Assembly: GCA_049969375.1 (NCBI GenBank)
Contig: JBMFOY010000001.1
Coordinates: 1-37,792 of the forward strand
Reading direction: 5' to 3'
Source of the DNA: Halothiobacillaceae bacterium
GTDB taxonomy: Bacteria; Pseudomonadota; Gammaproteobacteria; Halothiobacillales; Halothiobacillaceae
Length of the DNA: 37,792 nt
Position 1 is the first letter of the stretch. Each line of letters starts with the position of its first letter. Below, piece by piece: positions 20,274 through 30,461 of this stretch. Under the pieces are notes generated by a model. That model saw only the letters and a program-made list of their open reading frames with translations. It was not told the origin of the DNA and did no database searches. Position numbers and translations under genes: made by a program.

Positions 20274-20299
20274 ATAAGGACCGCCCCACACAAATCAAG
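20274..20299 (-). promoter_or_regulatory. sigma32 (RpoH)-type promoter of groES
   Basis: CTTGAT-14 nt-CCTTAT compared with consensus CTTGAA-N13/14-CCCCAT. Confidence 0.7.
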
Positions 20300-20321
20300 A
20301 CCCTGCGAGGATGATCTTTGA

Positions 20322-21704
20322 TCACTCGGCGACGACCGGCCGGGGCAGGGTGCCATCCAGCACCACGCGGTTGCCCCCTTCTGTGCGCGCCTGATCGACC
20401 GCCCGGCAGGCGCGGGCCAGAAGCGCATCGAAGTCCGTGTCGATATCCGGGCTGAAGGTGGCCACACCGATACTCGCGGTCAGGCGCATGCCAAACGGCC
20501 ACAGGCCCTCGATGGTTACGCGGAAGCGCTCGCCCACCCGCAACGCATCGCCGGCGGCGCATTGTGGTAACCCCAGAGCAAAGCGGGTATCACCGATGCG
20601 GGTCACAAGGTCGCTCTCCCGTACGCCCCGAAGCAAGGCAGACGCCGCCAAACGCAGCGTCTCATCGCCCGCCTCATGCCCATACTGGAGATTGACCTCA
20701 CCGAAGTGGTCGAGATCCAGCAGAATCAGACTGAACGCGCCGCCCCCGCGACGCGCCATGGCGAGGTATTTGGTGCCGAGCGAGAACAGCATGCGCCGGT
20801 TGTACAAACCGGTCAGCGGATCGGTGACCTCAAGCAGATTGAGGCGGGCACGCTGGGCCTCGACCCGCGCCGCGAGTCCCGTGGCGATGATGAGGTTGCG
20901 CGCCCGCACCAGCAACTCCTCTTCCAGCACCGGTTTGGTGACATAGTCGTTCACCCCCAGGCGGAACAGCTCGCGCCTGCGCGCGTCGTCATCGAAGCCG
21001 GTCACGGCCAAAATGGGCAGTTGAAAATCCGCAAAACCCGCTTGACGCAGTTGACCCACCAAGGCCATGCCGCTCATTTCCCCTTCAAGCACAAGGTCTG
21101 TAATGAGCAAGTCATAGCGCCGGACAGTGACCCTCTCCAAGGCCTCCTCAGCCCGCTTGACCCAGTCCACCAGCAGGCCATGAGCCGTCAACATACGACT
21201 GATGACATAGGCTGCGGTGCGTGAGTCCTCCACCAGCAGGATGCGCTTGCCGTAGATATGCTGGCCGCGCGGATCGCGGCGCTCGGCATCGCGGGTGAGG
21301 AGATAGGCGAGCAGCTTGTCCGGCTGCGCGGACGGGATGACCTCGGTGATACCCAGCGCAAACAACGCCTCATGCGCGGTCGTATCCGCGGTGGTGGTCA
21401 GCAACAGAAGGGGCGTACCCTCGGGCAGCTCGATACGCAACCGACCAACCAGCGAGGCCAGGGAGGGATCGTCGGCCGCGAAGGCCAGGCAGCAGACGTC
21501 GATGCGATGCTCACGCACCAGGCCCACTGCCTCGCGCTCCGTGGCGCAATCGATGGACTGCAGGCCAGCCTGCTGACAGATACGCTCCAGGCGCTCCCGC
21601 ATCTGCACGTCCGCAGTAACGATCAGGGCCAAGCGCTCTCCGCCGGCATCCAAGCCGGACTGCGGCTCACCGGCCCTCTGGGCCATGACGTCATGCTTAC
21701 TCAC
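20322..21704 (-). CDS. Pseudo-REC/REC/degenerate GGDEF protein
   Basis: Second REC intact (VEDS, ITDLV, VTG, KP). DPLTGLYNRR and DLDHF are present, but the active site reads IGDTR. The RESD I-site is retained. Confidence 0.85.
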   Translation of the reverse strand: MSKHDVMAQRAGEPQSGLDAGGERLALIVTADVQMRERLERICQQAGLQSIDCATEREAVGLVREHRIDVCCLAFAADDPSLASLVGRLRIELPEGTPLLLLTTTADTTAHEALFALGITEVIPSAQPDKLLAYLLTRDAERRDPRGQHIYGKRILLVEDSRTAAYVISRMLTAHGLLVDWVKRAEEALERVTVRRYDLLITDLVLEGEMSGMALVGQLRQAGFADFQLPILAVTGFDDDARRRELFRLGVNDYVTKPVLEEELLVRARNLIIATGLAARVEAQRARLNLLEVTDPLTGLYNRRMLFSLGTKYLAMARRGGGAFSLILLDLDHFGEVNLQYGHEAGDETLRLAASALLRGVRESDLVTRIGDTRFALGLPQCAAGDALRVGERFRVTIEGLWPFGMRLTASIGVATFSPDIDTDFDALLARACRAVDQARTEGGNRVVLDGTLPRPVVAE

Positions 21705-23025
21705 TCACTGACTCCTCGATTCGTCGGGCGCGCATGGCCACTCGGTTCCGCCCCAGGCGCTTGGCGTCATACAACGCCTTGTCGGCGCGACTGAACAGAC
21801 TGTCCAGCGATTCCGGATCCCCCGGATCAAAACAAGCCACACCGATGCTGATCGTCAGGCGCACGCCACTGGCGTCCAGCTGCTCGCAGTCCCTGCGGAT
21901 CTTCTCGGCCTTGGCGAGCGCATCCTCCGCGCTGCAGTTGGGCAAAAGGATCACGAACTCCTCGCCGCCATAGCGGGCCACCACATCCTCCTTGCGCAAG
22001 GATGTGCGCAACACATCCCCTACCGCGCGCAATATCTTGTCTCCGGTGGCGTGGCCGTGCTGGTCGTTGACCAGCTTGAAGTGATCGACGTCCGCAACCA
22101 GCATGCATACGGTCTGCCCCTCGCGCTCGGCACGGGCGAGATAGCGCGCGGCGAGCTCGAAAAAGAGGTGCCGGTTGCCAAGGCCGGTGAGCTGGTCGGT
22201 GGTGGCGAGCTGGCGCATCCTTCGCTCCTGCTCCTCGACCCGCTCGAACAGCCGCCGTGCGATGAGGATGTTACGCACGCGGGCTATGAATTCAGCCTCA
22301 ACCAGTGGCTTGGGGACATAATCGTTCACCCCGGCGCGGAACAGCTCGGTCTTGCGCGTCAGGTCATCGAACGAGGTCATGACCAGGATCGGCAGCTTCA
22401 TGTAGTCCTGGCCATCTTGGCGCAGATGGCGCACCAGGGACAGGCCGCTCTCCCCGCCCTCGAGCACGAGGTCGGTGATCACCATGTGATAAGAGCGCTC
22501 GGCGAACCGTCGGCGCGCCTCCGCCACCGACCCAACGCTGTCCACCTCGATGCCGCAGCGTTGCAGCATGTCAGTCACAATGTGGACAAAGGATCGCGAA
22601 TCCTCGACCAGCAGGATGCGCTCCCCCGCCAGGTCATGGCAGTACATCCGACCGAGGAAGTCCTGCAGATAGAGCAACAGGTCACCAAGCCGGTCGCGCT
22701 GGAATACATCCGTGATGCCCGCGCGAAAGGCCTCCTGCACCAGCGCATCGTTGACATCGGAGGTCACCAGCAGCAGCGGCACCCCCTTGGCGAGATGGGG
22801 GCGGAGGGCCTGGGCCAGTTGCAGGCCAGTCATGCCGGGAAGGCGATACCCCAGCAGGCCGATGTCGATGGCCTCGCCGCGCGCAAACGCCAGCGCCTCC
22901 TCCCCGGTGGTGGCCATCCTGGCCTCGAGCCCCGCCTCCTCCACCATCCGTTGCAGCATGGTGCGCCGCGTTGCACCGGGATCGACGATCAATGCCTTGG
23001 GTTTCTGAGTACTACCGGCCGACAT
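21697..23025 (-). CDS. Pseudo-REC/REC/GGEEF diguanylate cyclase response regulator
   Basis: DQLTGLGNR, DVDHFKLVND, RKED I-site and RYGGEEF; second REC intact. Start 23025 or 23034. Confidence 0.92.
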   Translation of the reverse strand: MSAGSTQKPKALIVDPGATRRTMLQRMVEEAGLEARMATTGEEALAFARGEAIDIGLLGYRLPGMTGLQLAQALRPHLAKGVPLLLVTSDVNDALVQEAFRAGITDVFQRDRLGDLLLYLQDFLGRMYCHDLAGERILLVEDSRSFVHIVTDMLQRCGIEVDSVGSVAEARRRFAERSYHMVITDLVLEGGESGLSLVRHLRQDGQDYMKLPILVMTSFDDLTRKTELFRAGVNDYVPKPLVEAEFIARVRNILIARRLFERVEEQERRMRQLATTDQLTGLGNRHLFFELAARYLARAEREGQTVCMLVADVDHFKLVNDQHGHATGDKILRAVGDVLRTSLRKEDVVARYGGEEFVILLPNCSAEDALAKAEKIRRDCEQLDASGVRLTISIGVACFDPGDPESLDSLFSRADKALYDAKRLGRNRVAMRARRIEESVSE

Positions 23026-23147
23026 TCCATGCAACCCTTGGAAAACTCGGGTGAGTATATGCTTCTCTCAGCCTCATGTGGGGCACATGTGTTGTTTATG
23101 TCGGATAAATACACTGCCATGGTCATGTATCCCACGAATCATGGACA

Positions 23148-23474
23148 ATGCCTTCCATGACCACGCACTGCATCGTCATCAGCACCTTCCCGGATCGCGC
23201 CACGGCCCTGGCTGCCGCCCGCGCCCTGCTGGAGGCGCGCCTCGTCGCCTGTGCCCAGATCAGCGCCCCGCTCACCTCGATCTATCCCTGGCAGGGCACC
23301 CTGCAGGAAGACGAGGAATGTGAACTGCGCCTGAAGACACGCCGCGCGCTTGGCCCGCAAATCGAAGCCATGCTGCGTAAGTGGCATCCGTATGAACTTC
23401 CGCAGATCCTGTATGTTCCCATGGAAGGATCTAGCGACTACATCGACTGGGTGGATTCATGCCTCGTATCCTGA
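23148..23474 (+). CDS. cutA: Divalent-cation tolerance protein CutA
   Basis: RLVACAQI, SIYPWQG and HPYELPQI; directly before dsbD. Start 23148 or 23157. Confidence 0.93.
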   Translation: MPSMTTHCIVISTFPDRATALAAARALLEARLVACAQISAPLTSIYPWQGTLQEDEECELRLKTRRALGPQIEAMLRKWHPYELPQILYVPMEGSSDYIDWVDSCLVS

Positions 23475-25732
23475 GACTCCTTCTGGCCCTGCTGGCCTTT
23501 GCCAACCCCGCCTTGGCCTCCGAACCCGAGTTACTCGAGCCCGAGCAGGCCTTCGCCTTCTCTGCCCGTGTGGAGAGCGCCAGCCGCTTGGTCGGCCACT
23601 TCGCTATCGCGCCGGGCTACAAGCTGTACCGCGACAAGATCCGCTTTGAGGTCGAGGGCGCCTCAGCCGTGCAGGCTGAGCTGCCACCGGGCGAGGCGAT
23701 AAAGGACCCCTTCCTCGGTGACGTGCAGATCTACCACGGCGCACTGGACATCCCCCTCCGGCTCGAGGGCGAGAACCTTGGCGGCAAGACCGTCACCCTG
23801 ACGGCCCACAGCCAGGGCTGCTTTGAGGGCGGCGTGTGCTACCCGCCGATCGCGCAGCGGGTGCAGCTGACCCTGCCCGCCACGGGTATCCAGGGGCTGA
23901 AGGATCTGGCAAAGCAGATCGAGGGTGACCAGCCCACCACCGAGGGCGAGCCGCTCGAGCCCGAGCAGGCCTTCCGCTTCTCCAGCGAGATCGATGGCGC
24001 CACGGTACGCCTGCGCTGGGACATCGCCCCGCGTCACTACCTCTACCGCGACAAGCTCGCCATCGTCGCCATCGAGCCCAAGGGCGCCCTTGGGCAGCCA
24101 GTCATCCCGGCGGGCGAGGAGAAAAACGACCCCTTCCTTGGCCAAGTACGCATTTTCCACGACACTCTGGAGGTCAGCGTGCCGGTGCAGGGCGTGGCCG
24201 CGGGCCAGAAGCTTGGGCTGAACATCACCTACCAGGGCTGCGCCGAGGCCGGCATCTGCTACCCGCCGATAGAACAGCGCGTTGAGCTGACCGTGGGCGA
24301 TACCGCGGGAACCACCACCTCGCCGCCCCCCGCGGCGCCGGCCGGCGTGGCGCTGAGCGAGCAGGATGCCATCGCCGAGAAGCTCAAGAGCGGCAGCACC
24401 TGGCTCGCCATCGGGCTGTTCTTCCTCGCGGGGCTGGGGCTTGCCCTCACCCCCTGCGTATTCCCGATGATCCCCATCCTCTCCGGCATCATCGCTGGCC
24501 AGGGCGAGCAGCTCACCACCCGGCGCGCCTTTGTGCTCTCGCTGGTCTACGTGCTGGCGATGGCCATCACCTACACCGTCGCGGGCGTGCTCGCGGGCCT
24601 GTTCGGCAGCAACCTGCAAGCCGCATTCCAGAACCCGTGGATCCTCGGCACCTTCGCCCTGGTCTTCGTCGGGCTCGCCTTGTCGATGTTCGGGTTCTTC
24701 GAACTGCAGCTGCCCTCCAGCCTGCAGAGCAAGATCGCCGAACTCTCCGGCCGCCAGCGGAGCGGCAGCTTTACCGGCGTCGCGATCATGGGCCTGCTCT
24801 CTGCCCTGATCGTCGGCCCCTGTGTCGCCCCGCCGCTCGCCGGCGCCCTGATCTACATCGGCCAGACCGGCGATGCCGTGCTCGGCGGCGCGGCGCTGTT
24901 CGCCCTCTCCATCGGCATGGGCCTGCCGCTGATCGCGGTCGGTACCCTGGGCGGCAAGGTCCTGCCGCGCGCCGGAGCATGGATGGACACGGTCAAGGCG
25001 GTGTTCGGCGTACTCATGCTGGGCGTGGCGATCTGGCTGCTCTCCCGCGTGCTGCCCGATGCCCTCACCCTGTTCCTGTGGGCCATGCTCGCCATCGCCT
25101 CCGGCATCTACCTTGGCGCCCTGGAGCCGGTCAGTCACCCCAGCTACCAGACCTACCATGCCAACCGCGAACTGACCGGCCACATGGAGCCGGTCGGCAA
25201 GGAAAGGCTGGGCTGGACGCGACTGTGGAAGGCCCTCGGCATCGTCCTTTTGGCCTGGGGCCTGCTGATGCTGGTTGGCGTCGCCACGGGCCAGGGCACC
25301 CCGCTGCAGCCGCTGCGCGGCCTGGCCGGCGGTGGCACGGCGCAGGCCGCGACCACCCCCAGCGGCCTCGTCTTCCAGCGCGTGGCTGACGTGGCCTCCC
25401 TTGAGCGCGCCTTGGCCGATGCCAAGGCCGCGGGTAAGCCGGTGATGCTCGATTTCTACGCCGACTGGTGCGTGAGCTGCAAGGAAATGGAGCACAATAC
25501 CTTCCCCGACCCCGCGGTTCAGCAGGCGGTGGCTGGCGCGGTCCTGCTGCAGGCCGACGTCACCCGCAACAGCGCCGAGGACAAAGCCCTGCTCAAGCGC
25601 TTCGGCCTGATCGGCCCGCCCGCCATCCTGTTCTTCACCAAGGATGGCCAAGAGCAGCGCGCCAGCCGCGTGGTCGGCTACAAGCCGCCCACTGAGTTTG
25701 CACCGCTCGCTGGCAGGGCTCTGGGCGGGTGA
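23459..25732 (+). CDS. dsbD: Protein-disulfide reductase DsbD with a duplicated N-terminal domain
   Basis: Two GC..G.CYPP alpha domains, TM domain with LTPCVFPMIPI and GPCVAPPL, and C-terminal thioredoxin WCVSC. Confidence 0.95.
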   Translation: MPRILRLLLALLAFANPALASEPELLEPEQAFAFSARVESASRLVGHFAIAPGYKLYRDKIRFEVEGASAVQAELPPGEAIKDPFLGDVQIYHGALDIPLRLEGENLGGKTVTLTAHSQGCFEGGVCYPPIAQRVQLTLPATGIQGLKDLAKQIEGDQPTTEGEPLEPEQAFRFSSEIDGATVRLRWDIAPRHYLYRDKLAIVAIEPKGALGQPVIPAGEEKNDPFLGQVRIFHDTLEVSVPVQGVAAGQKLGLNITYQGCAEAGICYPPIEQRVELTVGDTAGTTTSPPPAAPAGVALSEQDAIAEKLKSGSTWLAIGLFFLAGLGLALTPCVFPMIPILSGIIAGQGEQLTTRRAFVLSLVYVLAMAITYTVAGVLAGLFGSNLQAAFQNPWILGTFALVFVGLALSMFGFFELQLPSSLQSKIAELSGRQRSGSFTGVAIMGLLSALIVGPCVAPPLAGALIYIGQTGDAVLGGAALFALSIGMGLPLIAVGTLGGKVLPRAGAWMDTVKAVFGVLMLGVAIWLLSRVLPDALTLFLWAMLAIASGIYLGALEPVSHPSYQTYHANRELTGHMEPVGKERLGWTRLWKALGIVLLAWGLLMLVGVATGQGTPLQPLRGLAGGGTAQAATTPSGLVFQRVADVASLERALADAKAAGKPVMLDFYADWCVSCKEMEHNTFPDPAVQQAVAGAVLLQADVTRNSAEDKALLKRFGLIGPPAILFFTKDGQEQRASRVVGYKPPTEFAPLAGRALGG

Positions 25733-26280
25733 TGCGGACGCCCGCCCTCCCCCTCCTGCTCGCCGCCAGCCTGCTCGGTGGCTGTGGCGACGACACCCCG
25801 CGCACCCCGGAGCAGGCGGCGCGCAAGGCGGTGGCCGAGGCCGCCCAGCCGGTGATCGGTACCCCTGTGCCTGATTTCACCTTGGACCGGCTCGCCGGCG
25901 GGACATTCGCCAGTGCGGAACTGCGTGGCAAGACAACCTTGGTCAACTTCTGGGCCCCTTGGTGCCCGCCCTGTGTGCAGGAGCTGCCCGAACTCGCCCG
26001 GTTGCACGCGTCCCTCCGGGAGCAGGGCGGGCAGGTCATCGGCATTGCCCTCGCACGGTCGGAGGATGTGCATGCCTTCATCGCCGACCACCCCCTCCCT
26101 TTCCCGCTCCTGCTCGGCGGCTCCGAGGGCAGCGAGCTCGCCCGCAAGCTCGGCAATGCCCATGCCGTATTACCCTATTCGGTCGTGATCGATGCAGAGG
26201 GCATCATCCGCGCGGTCCACGTCGGCCGACTGGACGAGGCGCGGGCGCGCACCCTCGTTGCCCCTGCCTTCAGGCGATGA
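25729..26280 (+). CDS. TlpA-family thiol:disulfide oxidoreductase, probable lipoprotein
   Basis: Lipobox-like LLGGC, VNFWAPWCPPC and LPYSVVID. Confidence 0.88.
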   Translation: MMRTPALPLLLAASLLGGCGDDTPRTPEQAARKAVAEAAQPVIGTPVPDFTLDRLAGGTFASAELRGKTTLVNFWAPWCPPCVQELPELARLHASLREQGGQVIGIALARSEDVHAFIADHPLPFPLLLGGSEGSELARKLGNAHAVLPYSVVIDAEGIIRAVHVGRLDEARARTLVAPAFRR

Positions 26281-26372
26281 TAACGGTCATTTCCTGACCG
26301 TTCGCCGCCGTTCTGGACATTTCCTCGCACTAACCGCAGAATCCCTCCCATTCAAGACAAGGTGCGGAGCCG

Positions 26373-26822
26373 ATGGCCAACCTGCTGCTCCTCAATGGAC
26401 CCAACCTCAACCTGCTGGGCGTGCGCGAACCGGAAAAATACGGCCGCGCCACGCTCGACGATATCGTCCTCAAACTACGCCAACTCGCCGAGGCCGAGGG
26501 GCACCAGCTCGACCATCTTCAGAGCAATGCCGAGCACGTCCTGATCGAGCGCATCCACGCCGCCCGGCTGGACGGCACGGCGTTCATCATCATGAACCCG
26601 GCCGCCTTCACCCACACCAGCGTGGCCCTGCGCGACGCCCTGCTCGCGGTCGGCCTACCGTTCATCGAGGTTCATCTTTCGAACGTACATGCGCGGGAAC
26701 CCTTCCGCCATCATTCTTATTTCTCCGACATCGCCGTGGGCGTGATCGCCGGCCTGGGCGCGCAGGGGTATGAGCTCGCCCTGCGCGCCGCGCTTGCGCA
26801 CCTCCCGGCGTCCACGAACTGA
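26373..26822 (+). CDS. aroQ: Type II 3-dehydroquinate dehydratase
   Basis: [23 protein letters not shown] and EVHLSN. Confidence 0.97.
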   Translation: MANLLLLNGPNLNLLGVREPEKYGRATLDDIVLKLRQLAEAEGHQLDHLQSNAEHVLIERIHAARLDGTAFIIMNPAAFTHTSVALRDALLAVGLPFIEVHLSNVHAREPFRHHSYFSDIAVGVIAGLGAQGYELALRAALAHLPASTN

Positions 26823-26837
26823 TCCGAGGCAAGACTC

Positions 26838-27302
26838 ATGGATATCCGTACCATCAAGAAACTGATCGAACTCTTGGACAGCTCCGGCGTGGCCGAGATC
26901 GAGGTCAAAGAGGGCGAGACCTCCGTGCGCATCAGCCGCATGCCGACCCACATGCCGGCCATGCCGCAGATGGTCATGAGCGCACCGATGGCCGCTCCGA
27001 CCCCGGCCGCAGCAACCGCCCCGCAGACTGCAATCGCAGCGCCCGCCAAGGCCGAGGAAGGACTGTCCGGCCACGTGATCAAGTCACCCATGGTCGGCAC
27101 GTTCTACCGCGCGGCATCTCCGGATGCCAAGCCGTTCGTGGAAGTCGGCCAGCACGTCAAGGCGGGCGATACCGTCTGCATCATCGAGGCGATGAAGATG
27201 TTCAACCAGATCGAGGCCGACAAGTCCGGCGTCGTCAAGGCCATCCTGTGCGAGAACGGCCAGCCGGTCGAATTCGACCAGCCGCTCGTCATCATCGAGT
27301 AA
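26838..27302 (+). CDS. accB: Acetyl-CoA carboxylase biotin carboxyl carrier protein
   Basis: SPMVGTFY and the EAMKM biotinylation motif. Confidence 0.98.
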   Translation: MDIRTIKKLIELLDSSGVAEIEVKEGETSVRISRMPTHMPAMPQMVMSAPMAAPTPAAATAPQTAIAAPAKAEEGLSGHVIKSPMVGTFYRAASPDAKPFVEVGQHVKAGDTVCIIEAMKMFNQIEADKSGVVKAILCENGQPVEFDQPLVIIE

Positions 27303-27312
27303 GGCGTCCGCC

Positions 27313-28653
27313 ATGCTGAACAAGGTCCTCATCGCCAACCGTGGCGAGATCGCGCTGCGCATCCTGCGCGCCTGCCGCGAGCTCGGCATCAAGACCGTGG
27401 CGGTACACTCCACCGCCGATCGCGACCTCAAGCACGTGCGCCTCGCGGACGAATCGGTCTGCATCGGTCCGGCCAAGTCCACCGACAGCTACCTCAACAT
27501 CCCAGCCATCATCGCCGCCGCCGAGGTCACCGACGCGGTCGCCATCCACCCGGGCTATGGCTTCCTGTCTGAAAACGCAGACTTCGCCGAACGCGTGGAG
27601 AGAAGCGGCTTCATCTTCATCGGCCCCAAACCGGAGAACATCCGCCTGATGGGTGACAAGGTCTCGGCCAAGGACGCCATGAAGGCCGCCGGCGTGCCCT
27701 GCGTGCCAGGCTCCGACGGCGCCCTGGGCGACAACGCCGAAGAAAACCTGCGCCTGGGCCGCGAGGTGGGCTACCCGGTCATCATCAAGGCCGCCGGCGG
27801 CGGCGGCGGGCGTGGCATGCGGGTGGTGCGCACCGAGGCTCACCTGCTCTCCGCCATCGAGATGACCCGCGCTGAGGCCCTGGCCGCGTTCGGCAACCCG
27901 AACGTGTACATGGAGAAGTTCCTCGAGCACCCGCGCCACATCGAGATCCAGGTGCTGGCCGACACCCATGGCAACGCCATCCACCTGGGCGAACGCGACT
28001 GCTCCATGCAGCGCCGCCACCAGAAGGTGATCGAGGAAGCTCCTGCCCCCGGCCTGACCGCCGAAGAGCGGCGCGAGATCGGCGAACGCTGTGCCAAGGC
28101 CTGCATCGACATCGGCTACCGCGGCGCAGGCACCTTCGAATTCCTGTACGAGAACGGGCGCTTCTACTTCATCGAGATGAACACCCGCGTGCAGGTCGAG
28201 CACCCGGTGACCGAGATGATCACCGGGGTGGACATTGTCAAGGAACAGATCCGCATCGCCGCCGGCCTGCCCTTATCCATCCGTCAGGAGGACGTGCAGA
28301 TCCGCGGTCATGCCATCGAGTGCCGCATCAACGCCGAGGACCCGACCAATTTCGTCCCCAGCCCCGGCAAGATCACTGCCTTCCACGCCCCCGGGGGGCT
28401 CGGCGTGCGCTGGGACTCGCACATCTACGCCGGTTACAGCGTGCCGCCCTATTACGATTCGATGATCGGCAAGCTGATCTGCCACGCCGAGGACCGCGCC
28501 ACGGCCATCGCGCGCATGAGCGGCGCGCTCTCCGAACTGGTGGTGGAGGGGATCAAGACCAACACCGCGTTGCATCGCGAGCTGATGAGTGACGGCGCCT
28601 TTCAGCAGGGTGGGACGGACATCCATTACCTGCACAAGAAGCTGGGGCTGTAA
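27313..28653 (+). CDS. accC: Acetyl-CoA carboxylase biotin carboxylase
   Basis: [37 protein letters not shown] and [10 protein letters not shown]. Confidence 0.98.
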   Translation: MLNKVLIANRGEIALRILRACRELGIKTVAVHSTADRDLKHVRLADESVCIGPAKSTDSYLNIPAIIAAAEVTDAVAIHPGYGFLSENADFAERVERSGFIFIGPKPENIRLMGDKVSAKDAMKAAGVPCVPGSDGALGDNAEENLRLGREVGYPVIIKAAGGGGGRGMRVVRTEAHLLSAIEMTRAEALAAFGNPNVYMEKFLEHPRHIEIQVLADTHGNAIHLGERDCSMQRRHQKVIEEAPAPGLTAEERREIGERCAKACIDIGYRGAGTFEFLYENGRFYFIEMNTRVQVEHPVTEMITGVDIVKEQIRIAAGLPLSIRQEDVQIRGHAIECRINAEDPTNFVPSPGKITAFHAPGGLGVRWDSHIYAGYSVPPYYDSMIGKLICHAEDRATAIARMSGALSELVVEGIKTNTALHRELMSDGAFQQGGTDIHYLHKKLGL

Positions 28654-28741
28654 ACGTCAGTCCCATTTTGTCTGCCCAGCCAACGAAGGTTGGCTGGACA
28701 GGCTCCGTTCCATCATAAAACCTTGCTTATCCAGACACGCC

Positions 28742-29617
28742 ATGCCCTGGCACCAGATCACCCTCACCACCCCCCGCGACCAAGCCGAAGCCCTCGAAGA
28801 TACCCTCCTCGAACTCGGCGCCGTCTCCGTTACTCTGCAGGACGCCGCCGACGTGCCCGTGCTCGAGCCCCTGCCGGGCGAGACCCCGCTGTGGCCGGAA
28901 GTCAACGTCGTCGGCCTGTTCGAGGGTGAGGCCGACACTGATCAGGTGGACCAAGCCCTGAGCGCGCGCGGCATCCAGGGCGGCGCGTGGGCCTTGGTCG
29001 AGGACCAGGACTGGGAGCGCGCGTGGATGGACCAGTTCCAGCCCCTGCGCTTCGGCGAGAAGCTGTGGATCGTGCCGAGCTGGATCGAGGCCCCGGAGGC
29101 GCAGGCGGTGAACATCCTGCTCGACCCGGGCCTGGCCTTCGGCACCGGCACCCACCCGACGACCGCCCTGTGCCTGGAGTGGCTGGATGGCGCGGATCTT
29201 CAAGGCAAGACCGTGCTGGACTATGGCTGCGGATCGGGCATCCTCGCCATCGCCGCGCTCAAGCTCGGCGCAGCCTCGGCCTGGGGCATCGACATCGACC
29301 CGCAGGCCCTGACCGCCACGCGCGACAACGCCGCGCGCAACGGCATTGAGGCCCGTCACCTGCATACAGGGTTGCCGGGCGCGCTGCCCAAAGACGCACA
29401 GTTCGACGTACTGCTGGCCAATATCCTGATGGGCCCGCTGGTCGAACTGGCCCCCACCTTGACCCACCATGTGCAACCCGGTGGGCAGCTGGTACTGTCC
29501 GGGCTGTTGGCCGAGCAGGCTAAGGGAGTGATAGCCGCCTACGCTGCGGACTTCGACTTCGACCCGCCCGCGCTCAAGGACGGCTGGGCGCGTCTAACGG
29601 CGCGTCGTCGCGGATAG
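28742..29617 (+). CDS. prmA: Ribosomal protein L11 methyltransferase
   Basis: [33 protein letters not shown] and ANIL; start ATG 28742. Confidence 0.97.
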   Translation: MPWHQITLTTPRDQAEALEDTLLELGAVSVTLQDAADVPVLEPLPGETPLWPEVNVVGLFEGEADTDQVDQALSARGIQGGAWALVEDQDWERAWMDQFQPLRFGEKLWIVPSWIEAPEAQAVNILLDPGLAFGTGTHPTTALCLEWLDGADLQGKTVLDYGCGSGILAIAALKLGAASAWGIDIDPQALTATRDNAARNGIEARHLHTGLPGALPKDAQFDVLLANILMGPLVELAPTLTHHVQPGGQLVLSGLLAEQAKGVIAAYAADFDFDPPALKDGWARLTARRRG

Positions 29618-30461
29618 TCTGCGAACAAGACGGATGCTGATGCGTCTGCGCGACCAGCATCGCCTCGATGCGATCGAAACGCTGCTCTAATTCATGGAGC
29701 CTTTCGAGGATCAAAAGCTCGTGCTTGATTTCCTCCCGCTCGACCTCGGCCGCCGTCTCCTCGATGCGTAGGCTAAGCACGAAGGCGGCCAGGTTGGCCG
29801 TCACCATGGAGAAGCTGGCCACCCCAAAGAGGATGAGGATCACCCCTAACAGCCGACCTTCCGGGGTTTTGGGGACGATGTCGCCATAGCCGATGGTGCT
29901 GATGGTGACCAAGGCCCACCACATACCATCCCAGAAGGTCGGGATATCCGGCTCGATACTGGCAACCAGGGTGCCCAGGCTGATCACCAAAAAGAAGGCC
30001 ATGATGAGCGTGGCCGCCAAGGTGTGGCGCGCCAAAAGCCGTAGGGAGCGACGCGCAAAGCGCATCACCATGACCACCAGCAAGACCAGCCGAAGCACGC
30101 GCAAAAAAGCCACCGCCGCAGCCTGCGACATGAACAGCAACGGAAGCCCGCCGAAGACGATGACCAGGTTCAGCCAGTTTTGCCGCCAATAGAGGGGGCG
30201 GTCATGCACCAGCAGGCTGTTAACCACCACCTCCAGAGCAAACAATGCCCATACGGCCATGTCGATAGTACGTAAGGTTTCAGCTTGCAAGACCGACTTG
30301 AGCTCGGCATACCAGGCAAAAGGCAGCCAGAGGGTGGCGATAGACACGAGGACCTCCATCCAGAGCGCCACGGCTCGGGCCCGCGGGTTTTCGTGCCCCG
30401 CCACTCCCGCCACGCCCAGATAGGCCGGGAGATGATTGAGATGGTGTTTGAATTGACTCAT
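29574..30461 (-). CDS. Six-TM voltage-gated-type potassium channel
   Basis: Pore [14 protein letters not shown], Arg-rich S4-like FLRVLRL...[12 protein letters not shown], and a C-terminal coiled coil. ATG 30461 overlaps the upstream TGA. Confidence 0.9.
   Translation of the reverse strand: MSQFKHHLNHLPAYLGVAGVAGHENPRARAVALWMEVLVSIATLWLPFAWYAELKSVLQAETLRTIDMAVWALFALEVVVNSLLVHDRPLYWRQNWLNLVIVFGGLPLLFMSQAAAVAFLRVLRLVLLVVMVMRFARRSLRLLARHTLAATLIMAFFLVISLGTLVASIEPDIPTFWDGMWWALVTISTIGYGDIVPKTPEGRLLGVILILFGVASFSMVTANLAAFVLSLRIEETAAEVEREEIKHELLILERLHELEQRFDRIEAMLVAQTHQHPSCSQTIRDDAPLDAPSRP

Noticed and set aside
23040-23145. Possible sigma28 promoter or operator (CATGTG-GGG-CACATG) upstream of the cyclase pair
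   Set aside because: The match to TAAA-N15-GCCGATAA is poor, and a 6-bp dyad alone is not significant.
28675-28702. Hairpin CCAGCCAAC-GAAG-GTTGGCTGG between accC and prmA
   Set aside because: Single hairpin without a U-tract and no second copy in the window; probably a stability or weak termination element.
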